64,000 nucleotides of DNA from Candidatus Obscuribacterales bacterium (lineage in GTDB: Bacteria; Cyanobacteriota; Vampirovibrionia; Obscuribacterales; Obscuribacteraceae): assembly GCA_965228855.1 (NCBI GenBank), contig CBDDIJ010000003.1:320001-384000 (forward strand). Direction: 5' to 3'. A program made the position numbers and the translations under genes. Each line of letters starts with the position of its first letter. Positions within the stretch are counted from its first letter, which is position 1. The notes beneath the pieces are model-generated. The model was not told the DNA's origin. It saw only the letters and a list, made by a program, of their open reading frames with translations, and made no database searches. Shown here one piece after another: positions 29,201 to 37,377 of this stretch.

Positions 29201-30976
29201 ACCGCTATCAATGCTTGCAAAAGGAACAGTAACCGAACCAGATCCAGCGTTTGCGCCGGCCCAAGCTGAAATGAATATATTTCCGGCGAAATTAAGGCCG
29301 GATGTTGTAATGCCTGAGACGTATGTTAGATTGACCGAGCCACCAGTTGCTGAAGCACCTGTAACGGTGATTGCTCCAGAGATATCAGTCGTAAAACTAG
29401 CTCCGGCAAGAATCGTCAAATTACCACCACCAGTCACGCCGGATGTACTGATGGAAGTCAGCAGGTTCGAGTAGACATCACCACCAGCAACCAGCGCTAG
29501 AGGTGCTCCGTTCGTAGTCAATGATAGTGCCCCGATATTCAGGTCGCCGCTGTTCGAAAATAGCGGATCTCCGGTGAAATTCATGTGACCGAGGCGGAGG
29601 TTGCTAGTGTCTGCATTGAAATGCCCGATACCCCCCGAAATATTGACCAGCCCTGACACTTCTCCCACATTTCCTAGAACGTGACCATCGCTCGAATCGA
29701 TGTTCAGGTTATTGGATTGCCAGTCACCGCCGATTAATGTTGTGTCGAGCTTTTGATTAAGGTTCGAAACCGTTGCAATATTGATATCGCCATTGAGAGC
29801 GTTGATACTACCACCAGTACCATTCAAACTTATGTTCGTGTCTGCCGGCGCACTTATTGAAACGTTCTGATTAATAGACGTGATTGTTCCGGAGTTGGTA
29901 ATGCTAGACGAATTGAGGTTTAGATTTCCGTTAGCTTGAGCCAATCCGGAGTTGTTGAAATTTCTTCCTGCACTGAGTTCGAGGTCTCCGGAACTTGTGA
30001 TTGCGCCGTCGTTGCTGAAATCGCGGTTTGCGTGCAGCGAGAGATTAAGCGTTTCGTTTGTGGTTCCGTACTGCGCGGACACGGAACCGGGAACGTCGGT
30101 GGTAATCAAGCCTGATTGCAGGTTGTTGATATCTCGCGCTCCAATAACTGCGGTGGTTTTGGATGCATCCGATGAGACCGCATATATCGAACCGGCGTTG
30201 TTCAGGTCACCTGTGACACGAACACCGTCAGCGTTTCTCGCAAAATCTCCTGACACCGCTACATTCTCGGGGATTACTAGAGCCGATGCTCTGATTGTTT
30301 TCCCATCATCATTTACCGAGTTTAAGTTCAGCGCACCGCCCGTGGCGGCACCCTTATCGCTGAGAATCAAACCTTGATCGCCTGTCGATAACTTCTGAGT
30401 CAGAGCTGCATACTCAGCTGCTGTGACTTTGTCTCCTGCGGAAATCGTTTTCTGTTCTCCGCCTACAGAAATTGTCACGCTGCCATCAAACAAATTTCTT
30501 CCCACAGTAATCTTTGAAGCCGTCGACGAAAGATCGAGCGAAACTCCTTTCCGAAGAATTTTTTCGTTGCCGGCATCATTAGTATATGTTGAACGTGCGC
30601 CCGGTCTTGTCGTTCGAAACTCGGAAACCTGACCCGGATAAATTATCGCGGTGTTCATCCGTGATTCGCGCCGCTGATTTGAGATGCTGATAGTACCCGC
30701 GGTTGCAAAGCTATTCGCACTATTTTGCAGGCTGTTCACCGCGGCGGCATTGCTCTCCAGGCGGCTTTGAATACGAACGTCCTGCCGCTCGATTCGTTGT
30801 TGATGGCGCTCCGCTCTCACAGTGTTTCGAACATTCGACTCCAGGGTGGGAACGTTCAAATGAGTGACACCATCGTTGGCTTGCGCGGCACCGGCCGTCA
30901 GCGATGCGAGCAGAGTAGCTGAGAGCGATACTCCCAGTCTCGATGACCATTGTGATTGGGAATCTTGCGACTTCAT
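23270..30976 (-). CDS. Giant secreted beta-solenoid (filamentous haemagglutinin-like) exoprotein/adhesin
   Basis: 2568 aa; Sec signal ending AGAAQA; about 2000 aa of G/T/N/S/I-rich repeats (GGNITL.AG, I.TS..GG.I.I); distinct C-terminal globular domain. Confidence 0.8.
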   Translation of the reverse strand: MKSQDSQSQWSSRLGVSLSATLLASLTAGAAQANDGVTHLNVPTLESNVRNTVRAERHQQRIERQDVRIQSRLESNAAAVNSLQNSANSFATAGTISISNQRRESRMNTAIIYPGQVSEFRTTRPGARSTYTNDAGNEKILRKGVSLDLSSTASKITVGRNLFDGSVTISVGGEQKTISAGDKVTAAEYAALTQKLSTGDQGLILSDKGAATGGALNLNSVNDDGKTIRASALVIPENVAVSGDFARNADGVRVTGDLNNAGSIYAVSSDASKTTAVIGARDINNLQSGLITTDVPGSVSAQYGTTNETLNLSLHANRDFSNDGAITSSGDLELSAGRNFNNSGLAQANGNLNLNSSSITNSGTITSINQNVSISAPADTNISLNGTGGSINALNGDINIATVSNLNQKLDTTLIGGDWQSNNLNIDSSDGHVLGNVGEVSGLVNISGGIGHFNADTSNLRLGHMNFTGDPLFSNSGDLNIGALSLTTNGAPLALVAGGDVYSNLLTSISTSGVTGGGNLTILAGASFTTDISGAITVTGASATGGSVNLTYVSGITTSGLNFAGNIFISAWAGANAGSGSVTVPFASIDSGSAGVNGNINIIAPTSIDLSGGISPTSGNVNISGATPVLPGGSFVINADGSNATAFPVAGALSAAPVSLGISTLLGQASIRTNGDIALGDLTSGAGQVVIEGNGITTHTINATAAPSLLAHGNLTIQGNMTVPGGLLAMASGNINLSGNFGITSASSTTNGGNIALIAGVDFTNNITSVTANGASFTGGNVDLNSLGTLQQLTTATSANNSMGGDLTLVAYAGSGGGQVVLPAAVTLTTGSSGTNGTPGSITLVGGANAGNAINVGNISMASTATSSGGTLDVAVGNPLNTVIISTNTVSPNNPFSTVTATNGNIVLGTVTMLANSQTSINAQNGSVTTGQISTGNSVGNGTGSAGDVEIVIGGTGNLTTLNILTSGAGATSGGDVHISLGGGSYGVGNIFADSGTSGQGGDVTVEVVSNSQFFTNQITAASTSGSGGSITVRNYGSGGIGLLNGLYNANGSTDGGTITIDAAAGAIDGAISSASGLTLTVQSGVGFQAGSVNLSASTIQIAGNFGIQTTGGTGGGVSLVTTTGNIAVDGAVLINSGGTVDIDTPNGTLRTNAASAVHTATINAVGNITTDGVNTNGLSGGQNGGAVQITSTSGSITTGGVNTSGNGTGTAGSITLSAGSNITTASLTAVGSNSSSVVLQTTNAGAISVPDVITATNLQVNITGGGSASLIANNQVNTISTTGAGDVFFDNGIALNIDTIQSDSFAASSPVSITFQNSFTSTGSVTVESPVVTFNTVTLDVQTFIAQNTTGGLTVNGGSSTITASEPPAGAPGFPSNPAAISFLTADGANLDLFGTLAFNGDVLLNNPNGTTTSHTNSQFIGANNVTLTTNTWVQQTNGNIIGNKFIFTGYTIANNQGDVSLSSNISFVGRSVAILSSGNINLGAFTINLSNPTGDSGNLVMLAGVDFDYPPPGTQIGQIQSQGLFDNITLNATGGDITGTGTITLTGGGSDGVGGGLTALANLGSISLTGAINTSSAGARGGDVLMIAPNGISTGNITTTGGLTGGDVNLQVADVQLLETPGPIQVQAGILSGGIAFPGAIPQQNAVNVNGSILTNNGAIAIGTAGGIRIAGNVSAHTIFLNSSTIQAITFDTINNLSTSVDGSGNGGSIEIITADIVNPTGTFTFNVNGTTGDAGSFIYETRSDLTVATGGDITVSATGSGDGALIDIKSTGDLTIGTGGLNIAHTRGDGARLLLTAAADGTGTLTLNDPSFLAEANAKGIPGDNFFGGEIKINTQLIDFTSSPTSPLQLSANGLGLGGGGTVEYVTEDATPTFFGIIKKTPKPPADFLRISATSGILGGDAGSITVRTGGNITVNDTSLIDAHTNSSTLAAGANYTLEAGNLDGKQGYLIIAGSLDASSVGGGIGGTITLISDNKKDFVLNNGKKAPKNGVQGTLSAQGAGGRIAITNLGGGVEVATQQAVDSPALELHANGKGTFKVGKNVVITADSLTLTSESGSIGKKPLNIDTTSLTLNSGSSINLNNINTNLLTIESAVAGGDMSLVTAGSLSVFDTTTNDGDLEFTANGASLTFTGNIHAVNGGIVASNLNVASGEVLITDNTRVETSGKKGDDIIISIGAPPKKGTNPTPPNTAPAGVSVDPDGTRGRAYFGPNNGVVASGPATVEVVNKDVIFNNLSSGMNKIILGTNSVVRADPPTATTSHAPSTMPVVSMLGDVTSAVSQFSAQTDAIAPAQPGVNIPINQDVSLNLAIINNANALTVSSAAQPISLILFGENGTAGAQSGNGMLTGATIGSESLNLVSFEHGTTESDTAPGGSTSDNLIVDAAMHHATDESAHRLDNGKAIFAPKRDMIVETAQGSVKLAAGAVALVAKSNNGLAVYNLHDNHKNSVVININGRAISLPPGRHAHISTQQRGVYADVNPIELIQHRALQQSQMENGLRVYTSEFAIPSACYAVKSLNQLMKSNDAASKRLAKQIMKTSSVIMTLCPDRGDYVQHFNPRVTASR

Positions 30977-31344
30977 GATTTTTCCTCAGGCACTGTAAGC
31001 GGTTGCGCGCGAGGATACCAGATGTGGAGGCACTTCGCATGAGTGGTTTTAACGATCGGCGCACTGAGAGCGGTTTTCGGTCGGTGATGATTTGGTGATG
31101 CTAACATGTCTGTTGTATCTTCTGGCGGAGTGTTTTGTATATAATCGGGCTACACAAACAGCATGAAGTTAGTCGTATGTATGCATGCGCGTTTCTTGAA
31201 GAATTTGAGTGTAAATTTACCTTTTTTATTCTGGGCCGGAAAACTGGTTCCGGTTCTAACGGCAGGTTGTATGCAGGGAAAATCCGGTGTGTTTTCAGCC
31301 TGCAAAGATCTAAGTTGGAATAGTTAGCAACCGGATTTTTTGCT

Positions 31345-32325
31345 GTGAAAAACTCAGAAGAGAACATTCTGGACAACCTGGTAATTGCCGCGCCCTGTTC
31401 GATCCCGTGGGAGGCAATGAGGGGTAATGACCGGCAGCGCGACTGCGCTGGCTGTGCCAAAACCGTTTACAACATTTCGGACATGACGAAGGCAGAGGCT
31501 GAGCGATTTCTAAAAGAAAGCGGTACGTCAGAGTGCATGCGCTTCTACAGAAGGGCTGACGGCACGATTATGACCGACAATTGTCCGCGCGCCCTGCGAA
31601 AAATACGCGAACACTACCGGATAGCAGTGCGAGCGGTCGCGGGGGTTGTGGCACTGATGCTGGCGGTTCCGGCAGCCTTCGCGCAGAATCGTTCTCAGGC
31701 TGTCTTGTTAGGGAAACCTGCTCGGCAAACTCAGCTGACGGAGCAGCAAATTCGACACCTCTCTGCCGCAGGCGGACCGTTCATCATACGTCCGCAGCAG
31801 CCGGGTCCTGTCACACAGGCGCCTTCAACTACTCTGCCTGTGACATCAGACATTCAAGCGACGCTAATCACTCGTGTTGTGACGTTACCCGATGGTCGCC
31901 GTGTAACAGTCGTCGTGCCGTCACGCGGAGGAAATGTAATCTGGATTCGAAATTCCGACGGGCGTCCGCTTGCAAATTCTGAACGCGTTCCGACGACTCA
32001 GTTCAATACACCTGTCGGCAATGATAAGGTAGAAACGCAGGCTCTCCAGTTTTACATCAAGGCTCAGGATTTAAGGCATCAGGGCAATCTCGCCCTTAGT
32101 GAATTTTACTTAGAGAAGGCATTGGCGTCGTTTGATTTGCAAAAGAATCAGAGCGATTCAAAGTTCAGAAATGTCATTGAGGCGGACCTGAAAAGTCTTC
32201 GTGAGCAGATTGAGATGCAGTCGGGAGCTGCGAAATCTCCGAGTGCGCCCGCAAGTGACCAGCAGTCTCTCGACGAACCGGGCGACAGTGCCGTGCCCGC
32301 CGAACTGGACGCCTCTCAACATTGA
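31345..32325 (+). CDS. Membrane-anchored protein with N-terminal Cys-rich domain and C-terminal TPR-like helix pair
   Basis: IAAPCSIPWEAM.G..RQRDCAGCAKTVYNIS.MT..EAE.FL...C.RFYRRADGTIMTDNCP, then a hydrophobic segment. Confidence 0.7.
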   Translation: MKNSEENILDNLVIAAPCSIPWEAMRGNDRQRDCAGCAKTVYNISDMTKAEAERFLKESGTSECMRFYRRADGTIMTDNCPRALRKIREHYRIAVRAVAGVVALMLAVPAAFAQNRSQAVLLGKPARQTQLTEQQIRHLSAAGGPFIIRPQQPGPVTQAPSTTLPVTSDIQATLITRVVTLPDGRRVTVVVPSRGGNVIWIRNSDGRPLANSERVPTTQFNTPVGNDKVETQALQFYIKAQDLRHQGNLALSEFYLEKALASFDLQKNQSDSKFRNVIEADLKSLREQIEMQSGAAKSPSAPASDQQSLDEPGDSAVPAELDASQH

Positions 32326-32515
32326 AAATCCATCTGGGTGGGGGCGGAATGCGAGAGTCCGGAGTTTCAGGCCCTGAAGTGATCCAGTTTCTGCTCTGGT
32401 CCTGGTTCAAATTCAGGTTCAGATTCAGATTCAGATTAATTCGAGATTCTTCGTCGCCAAATGTTCTCTCGGAGGGGCATAAGTAGCAATAGTTAGTCTC
32501 TGGCAGGACGTTGGA

Positions 32516-33472
32516 ATGGACTCGGACTCGCCGCCCAAAAGCCCCGCGAAGCTGACCGTGTACGTTATGTATGCGGTTTGCGCGTTCGTTTGGGGGACCG
32601 GCTGGTACGCCATCAGGCTTTGTGTGAGTGACGGCGGCTATCCTGTTTTCGGCGGTGCAGCTTTACGATACACTGTTGCAGCCTTAGCTCTAGGATTGAT
32701 GGTTCCTTTATTTCCGAAAGCTTTTGGGGGACTTAAGCGCAATCAGGTACTGTGGTTGCTGCTGGCCGGAACCTTTAACGCGGCCGCTATTGCTCTTTTG
32801 TACTGGGGTGAGAAAAGTATTTCTGGTGGACTGGCTTCGGTGCTAACCGCTACATCACCAATTATGGTGGCAGTCCTTGCATTCTTCACTAAAACGGAGC
32901 GCATCACATCTGGTACCATAGCAGGCTTTTGTCTCGCTTTGGCCGGCATCGCAATGATCTTTGGCGAGCGACTTGTTATCTCGCCGAATCATGTTGTCTC
33001 GATGGTCTCAATTCTTGGTGCGGCACTTTTCTTTGCCCTTACGAATTTTACTGTGAAAGTAAAAGCTAAGGATGTAAAACCGATGCAGAGCTCTGTTTTC
33101 TTTTTCATATCCATGAGCTTGATATTCTGGCTCGCGTCACCTTGTGATGGGCCCGCGATGCCGTGGCCGCCGCCCGCCGCGCCAACTTACGCTCTACTGT
33201 ATCTCGGAATTGCTGGTTCCGCAGTTGCATTTCCGGCATTCTTCTATGTATTGCGGCATTCGTCATTGACGTTTGCGTCGACACTGGCCTTCGTTCATCC
33301 GGTTATTGCCTTGTTGACTGATAGTATGTTCGAGCATGAGTTCATGTTGACGATGAGCGCTTACTCTGGAATGAGCGTTGTTCTAGTGGGTGTGATACTG
33401 AGTATGGTGTCGAATAAAACCATAGGATTTGAACGAAAACGCGCGGTTGTTGCCGCGCGTTTAGATAGCTAG
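32516..33472 (+). CDS. EamA/DMT family transporter
   Basis: VWGTGWYAIR, AALRY, ISGGLASVL.ATSP, LYLGIAGSAVAF, LAFVHPVIAL; about 10 TMs. Confidence 0.9.
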   Translation: MDSDSPPKSPAKLTVYVMYAVCAFVWGTGWYAIRLCVSDGGYPVFGGAALRYTVAALALGLMVPLFPKAFGGLKRNQVLWLLLAGTFNAAAIALLYWGEKSISGGLASVLTATSPIMVAVLAFFTKTERITSGTIAGFCLALAGIAMIFGERLVISPNHVVSMVSILGAALFFALTNFTVKVKAKDVKPMQSSVFFFISMSLIFWLASPCDGPAMPWPPPAAPTYALLYLGIAGSAVAFPAFFYVLRHSSLTFASTLAFVHPVIALLTDSMFEHEFMLTMSAYSGMSVVLVGVILSMVSNKTIGFERKRAVVAARLDS

Positions 33473-33506
33473 TCTTCTGTGAGGGAGTGCCCGTGAAGAT
33501 TGATTG

Positions 33507-34727
33507 CTAGTCGTCCGAGCCCTGGAGTTCGGTTTCTTCGAATGCTTCCCGTTGCGATTCTTCTGAAGATGCAGCGTTATTAGAATCACGTTTGGAAGCT
33601 TTGCGGCGCTCTCTTTGACTGCTTTTCGATTCTGCGTTTTTCTGCGCTTCCTCTTCTGCAATTTTGTGAGAAGCGTCCTTCATGTCGGTAATAACCAACT
33701 GATTCTCCGAATCGAGACCCAGGTCCAACTGCAAACGAATCTTGATTGCTTCTTCGCCTGGCGTCACCAGGTCTGCCGAAAGCTCGATGTCTGTTCTCTC
33801 ACTGCTTATTGGCTGTTGAACAATTTTATTGATCATCAGTGTTTGATCTTTCCGCAATTGCATGAGTTTGCTTCGCGAAAGCGGAAATCCCGTTTCTTCC
33901 CAGAATTTTTCCATCGTCTTCGAGTTCATTACTGCCATTGCGTGGATCTGTGAAGAACGGTATGTCTTCGGGTTGAAGTCGAGCATGTCGGCGACGAAGT
34001 TACGGACAAATTTGTCGACCTTGTCTGCAGCCATTGGTTCCATTTTTGCGGCTGCTCGTTGGGCAGCTTCTTTCGAATCGCCAGCGGCCTGTTGATTGGA
34101 CACTCCGGATGCCAGAGCGAAGACAACCGCAATCACTGCAATGAGTGCCAGAACGCTTCCGCCGCCAATCATGATTAGTTTGACAGGCAATTCTTTCTTT
34201 GGTTCTTCAAAAATAGACTCGGCTATCGGAGAAGATATCTCTTGCGACGTCGCCTTTGCCTTGCGTTTGCGCCACGGCTGTTTTACTTCGTCCCAGTCGA
34301 GGGGGCCATCCTCATCGCGTCCGTCGGGTGACTCACCATATATGGTGCTCAAGGCTGCTTGAGCCGGTGTCATTATTGGAGTATCCGATGGTTCCGGCGT
34401 GGATTGCTGTTGACGCTCAACAACATCTCTTACAAAGTAATCGCCGCGAACAGCTCCGATAGTTTCAACCGAATCGCTGAGAACGCGCGACAGTTGAACA
34501 GATTCATCTTGTGTGAGGATTACCTGACTGGAGGGAGGAGTGCCGATTCTTCGTTTTACGGATAGCGAAATGCGATCGTCGACTTTCTTGAGCACGACCA
34601 GATAACCAGACTGTGTTTCGACGACTCGAGCACTGGTGACTGGTGACAGTGCGACCAAGTCTGGCTCTGCGAGTAATTGTCCGGTTTGATCGCCTGCAAA
34701 TGCGGGATAATCTTCTGAGTAGGTCAC
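33507..34727 (-). CDS. Single-pass membrane hypothetical protein (possible VirB8/NTF2-like periplasmic domain)
   Basis: Cytoplasmic N-domain, acidic linker, TM (IMIGGGSVLALIAVIAVVFALA), then FVRNFVADMLDFNPKTY. GAGG RBS before GTG. Confidence 0.65.
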   Translation of the reverse strand: MTYSEDYPAFAGDQTGQLLAEPDLVALSPVTSARVVETQSGYLVVLKKVDDRISLSVKRRIGTPPSSQVILTQDESVQLSRVLSDSVETIGAVRGDYFVRDVVERQQQSTPEPSDTPIMTPAQAALSTIYGESPDGRDEDGPLDWDEVKQPWRKRKAKATSQEISSPIAESIFEEPKKELPVKLIMIGGGSVLALIAVIAVVFALASGVSNQQAAGDSKEAAQRAAAKMEPMAADKVDKFVRNFVADMLDFNPKTYRSSQIHAMAVMNSKTMEKFWEETGFPLSRSKLMQLRKDQTLMINKIVQQPISSERTDIELSADLVTPGEEAIKIRLQLDLGLDSENQLVITDMKDASHKIAEEEAQKNAESKSSQRERRKASKRDSNNAASSEESQREAFEETELQGSDD

Positions 34728-35494
34728 TGTTGTTTCCTCTTAACTCACGAGTTTGCGAACCGATTAATGTCAACTCATATATAGGTCCAGGATATACAGT
34801 GTACAACCAGACTCTTGATTTGTCCTGAAAAATGACTGAGGATGAGGGCTAACGAGCACTTTTGATCCTTCTAAACGCTTCTGTCCGGCGCCATTTGGCA
34901 AGTTCAGTTTGCTTACATTTAGCGAAACAAAAGAGATTCTGCGTCCGGGTAAGTATTAGCGGGAGTTCATGAATTGCGATGTCTTCCGTTGGGCAGGCAC
35001 CACCGGTGATGGCGCTGGAAAGCCAAGAGTCGCATCCCGACGGTTTCTTGGCTGTAACACTAAAAGGTTCTGCACTGCGCTGTTCCTCAAATGTTCACTT
35101 CAAGCCAATGCGGGTCAGGGTTTATGGCACCGATCTCGAACAAATGTGCGATTAATCGATTGTTGACGTAAACGAGACCCTCGCAATGTTTCGCATCGTG
35201 GTTAAACCACTTGAAGAAACGCACGACTTGATAACGATACCGCATCGATGGTTTCTTCAAGGCCGTGGAGAGATGTCCTCGTTGGAAAGTGGCTACAGGA
35301 CAACAGTTTCAACCTTAGGGACAACAAAGTTCCATGTAGAAGGATTTAGATCGGATCTAGAACTGTTTGGAATCAAGTTCAAGAAATTACGTCAAGCTCG
35401 GAAAAGTGTAATAGAGAAGTTGCCGCAAACGTAAGCGCTGCAAGAGTTTTCCTGGAACCCTTGTCCTCGGCTTAACAGCGGACTGGAGTGACTT

Positions 35495-36160
35495 ATGCAG
35501 TACAAAAGATCTAAAAGAGAAACCTTGCACTACTTTTGCATTCTGGCACTGGCTCTTTTTTTAGCGCCGACATTCGCTAATGGTGCGGCGTTTGCAGCCG
35601 ATGCTGCCGACGAGAGCAAAGCCGCAGCTGAAGAGGCGAAGACGGCGCAAGATGAAGTGAAGAAAGCGGATGACCAGGCCAAGAAGGCCGAGGACCAGGT
35701 GAAAAAGGCTGAGGAGCAAGCTGAAAAGGCTGCCGACGAAGCTAAAAAAGACGCAGTGGATGCGAAAAAGGCTGTTGACAAAAAGTCGAGTCGAAAAGGA
35801 AAAGTCTTCAAAGGCATTGCTTCATGGTACGGCAAAAAGTTTCACGGGCGAAAAACAGCTTCCGGAGTACGATTCGATGAGGATAAACTCACTTGCGCTC
35901 ATCGCACGCTTCCATTCGGCACGGAAATTTTGGTGATGAATCCCGCTACAGGGAAGGCGTGTACAGTCACTGTGACCGACCGCGGTCCGTATCACGGCAA
36001 GCGTATAATTGACTTATCGAAGGCTGCTGCGCGTAAACTTGGCATCACAGGCGTCGCGCAAGTTGTTTGCTCCACCGGCAAGTATATCGCCGATAAAGTG
36101 ACACCTGATAAAGACGTGCCTGTTAAGACTGCTAGCGCAGGAAGCAGTACGTCCAACTAG
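35495..36160 (+). CDS. rlpA: Septal ring lytic transglycosylase RlpA family (DPBB) with Ala/Lys/Glu coiled coil
   Basis: GIASWYGKKFHGRKTASG..FD...TCAHRTLPFGT...VTVTDRGPY...RIIDLSKAAA.KLG. Confidence 0.92.
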   Translation: MQYKRSKRETLHYFCILALALFLAPTFANGAAFAADAADESKAAAEEAKTAQDEVKKADDQAKKAEDQVKKAEEQAEKAADEAKKDAVDAKKAVDKKSSRKGKVFKGIASWYGKKFHGRKTASGVRFDEDKLTCAHRTLPFGTEILVMNPATGKACTVTVTDRGPYHGKRIIDLSKAAARKLGITGVAQVVCSTGKYIADKVTPDKDVPVKTASAGSSTSN

Positions 36161-36278
36161 CACAAATGTAGAAGTATAAGCGGATTGTGATCATCCTGCG
36201 ACAAGTAGCTTTGAGTGCGTTCGAAAGTGCTAAGTATTCGGGTGATACAAGTACGAAGAACTGATTGAGGAGGTTCCT

Positions 36279-36593
36279 ATGGCTGTGGGAGAGGCTAAAA
36301 GAGGTACGATGCCAGGATTAATCATCTTGAACGTCGTAATGTTCCTCGTGATTATTGCTGGTTTGGCGTACATTGGTCTGTCGAGACCAACAATGGACGA
36401 GCGCGCTACGCAGGAGGCTCGGGAGACTGTGCACTTTAAGCAAGAGCCCATTATTGCGCCGTCGATGAAACCTGATCCCAGCACGTCGAACAACATATTA
36501 TTGAATAACCCTATCAATACAAGCGGTACTGTGACTTCTGGACCTGTGCCAGACAGTGTGGCTGACGACGCCACCGCTGGAGCCACCAAGTAG
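36279..36593 (+). CDS. Small single-pass membrane hypothetical protein
   Basis: GAGGAGG RBS; hydrophobic LIILNVVMFLVIIAGLAYIGL segment. Confidence 0.7.
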   Translation: MAVGEAKRGTMPGLIILNVVMFLVIIAGLAYIGLSRPTMDERATQEARETVHFKQEPIIAPSMKPDPSTSNNILLNNPINTSGTVTSGPVPDSVADDATAGATK

Positions 36594-36667
36594 GGCAAAC
36601 ATAAATACACAATACTGAGGCTAACTTAGTTATACACTGGTTATGCCGAGAGCAATTTGTTTTCTAA

Positions 36668-36705
36668 ACAGACAGAGAGACCAAATATTCGGTCTCTCTG
36701 TCTGT
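36668..36705. terminator. Probable bidirectional terminator between convergent genes
   Basis: 15-bp perfect inverted repeat ACAGACAGAGAGACC-N8-GGTCTCTCTGTCTGT. Confidence 0.7.
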
Positions 36706-36767
36706 GTCGAACGGAGAAAATTTTCTCCGGTTCTTTTGTTGATCTAATTTCGTTGATTTATCAAAAG

Positions 36768-37163
36768 CTACTCGGATTCCTTTTTTCTTTTCGCTGCTGA
36801 TGCTTTACCTCCTTTGCGACCGGCGGCAACTTTCTTTTCGTGGGTGGTCTTGGAGCTGGAAGATTTTTTTGAACTGGTTGATTTTCGAGTGCTCGATTTC
36901 TTTGCACCGGTGTTGGTGCCATTGCGTTTTCTTGTGGCGGCAGCATTTCTTGCCGACGACTTGCGAGCTTCTGATTTCTTCTTCGTTGAGGTCTTGCTTC
37001 CTGAGCCGCCTTTCTCGCCCCCTCCGGATTGTTTGTTGACTGTTGCCCAGGCTCGTCTTTCCGCTTCTCCCTCGCTCACCCCTTTGTCTTCGTAACTTTC
37101 CTCGATGTGCTCCGCTTTGCGTTTTTGCTTGTCGGAATACTTATCTTTATCGCCTCTCGCCAT
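36768..37163 (-). CDS. Small basic general-stress protein (often annotated 'plasmid stabilization protein') with Lys/Ser-rich tail
   Basis: MARGDKDKYSDKQKRKAEHIEESYE.KGVS..EAERRAWATVNKQSGGG signature; GAGGAGG RBS before ATG 37163; KGG-like tail. Confidence 0.8.
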   Translation of the reverse strand: MARGDKDKYSDKQKRKAEHIEESYEDKGVSEGEAERRAWATVNKQSGGGEKGGSGSKTSTKKKSEARKSSARNAAATRKRNGTNTGAKKSSTRKSTSSKKSSSSKTTHEKKVAAGRKGGKASAAKRKKESE

Positions 37164-37203
37164 GGTGACTTCCTCCTCATAGTTTACGATTCTTGCCTGC
37201 CGA

Positions 37204-37229
37204 GACGGTGGCGAAGCGCGCTGAGTTCC
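37204..37229 (-). promoter_or_regulatory. ECF-sigma-type promoter GGAAC-N17-CGTC for the 36768-37163 stress gene
   Basis: Minus strand reads GGAACtcagcgcgcttcgccacCGTC, 40 nt upstream of the ATG. Confidence 0.5.
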
Positions 37230-37273
37230 AATTACGTGTAGAAAGTGTGATCTGCTTGAACTCAGTCTGGAGT

Positions 37274-37298
37274 GGAACATTGAGGGAGGCTTTGCGTC
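37274..37298 (+). promoter_or_regulatory. ECF-sigma-type promoter GGAAC-N16-CGTC for ligD
   Basis: GGAACattgagggaggctttgCGTC about 80 nt upstream of ligD ATG 37378. Confidence 0.5.
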
Positions 37299-37377
37299 CC
37301 CGAAGCAGAACGAGATGAAGCGTACATCCTGTTTTTTCACTTCAGTAACTGTAATTCGGGTAAGGAAGGATTTCGCA

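Noticed and set aside
23667..30922. Many plus-strand ORFs within the adhesin
   Set aside because: Antisense shadows caused by codon bias of the G/T/N-rich repeats.
32406..32437. TTCAGA hexamer run (about 5 copies) between genes
   Set aside because: Short and degenerate; reads SNSGSDSDSD* in the upstream gene's frame but beyond two stops. No support for a function.
35186..35434. 82-aa ORF upstream of rlpA
   Set aside because: No recognisable motif; better explained as leader sequence, although a shorter peptide from ATG 35273 cannot be excluded.
37164..37377. N-terminal extensions of the 36768 and ligD ORFs given in the ORF track
   Set aside because: Family similarity and strong RBSs begin at 37163 and 37378; the region holds promoter motifs.
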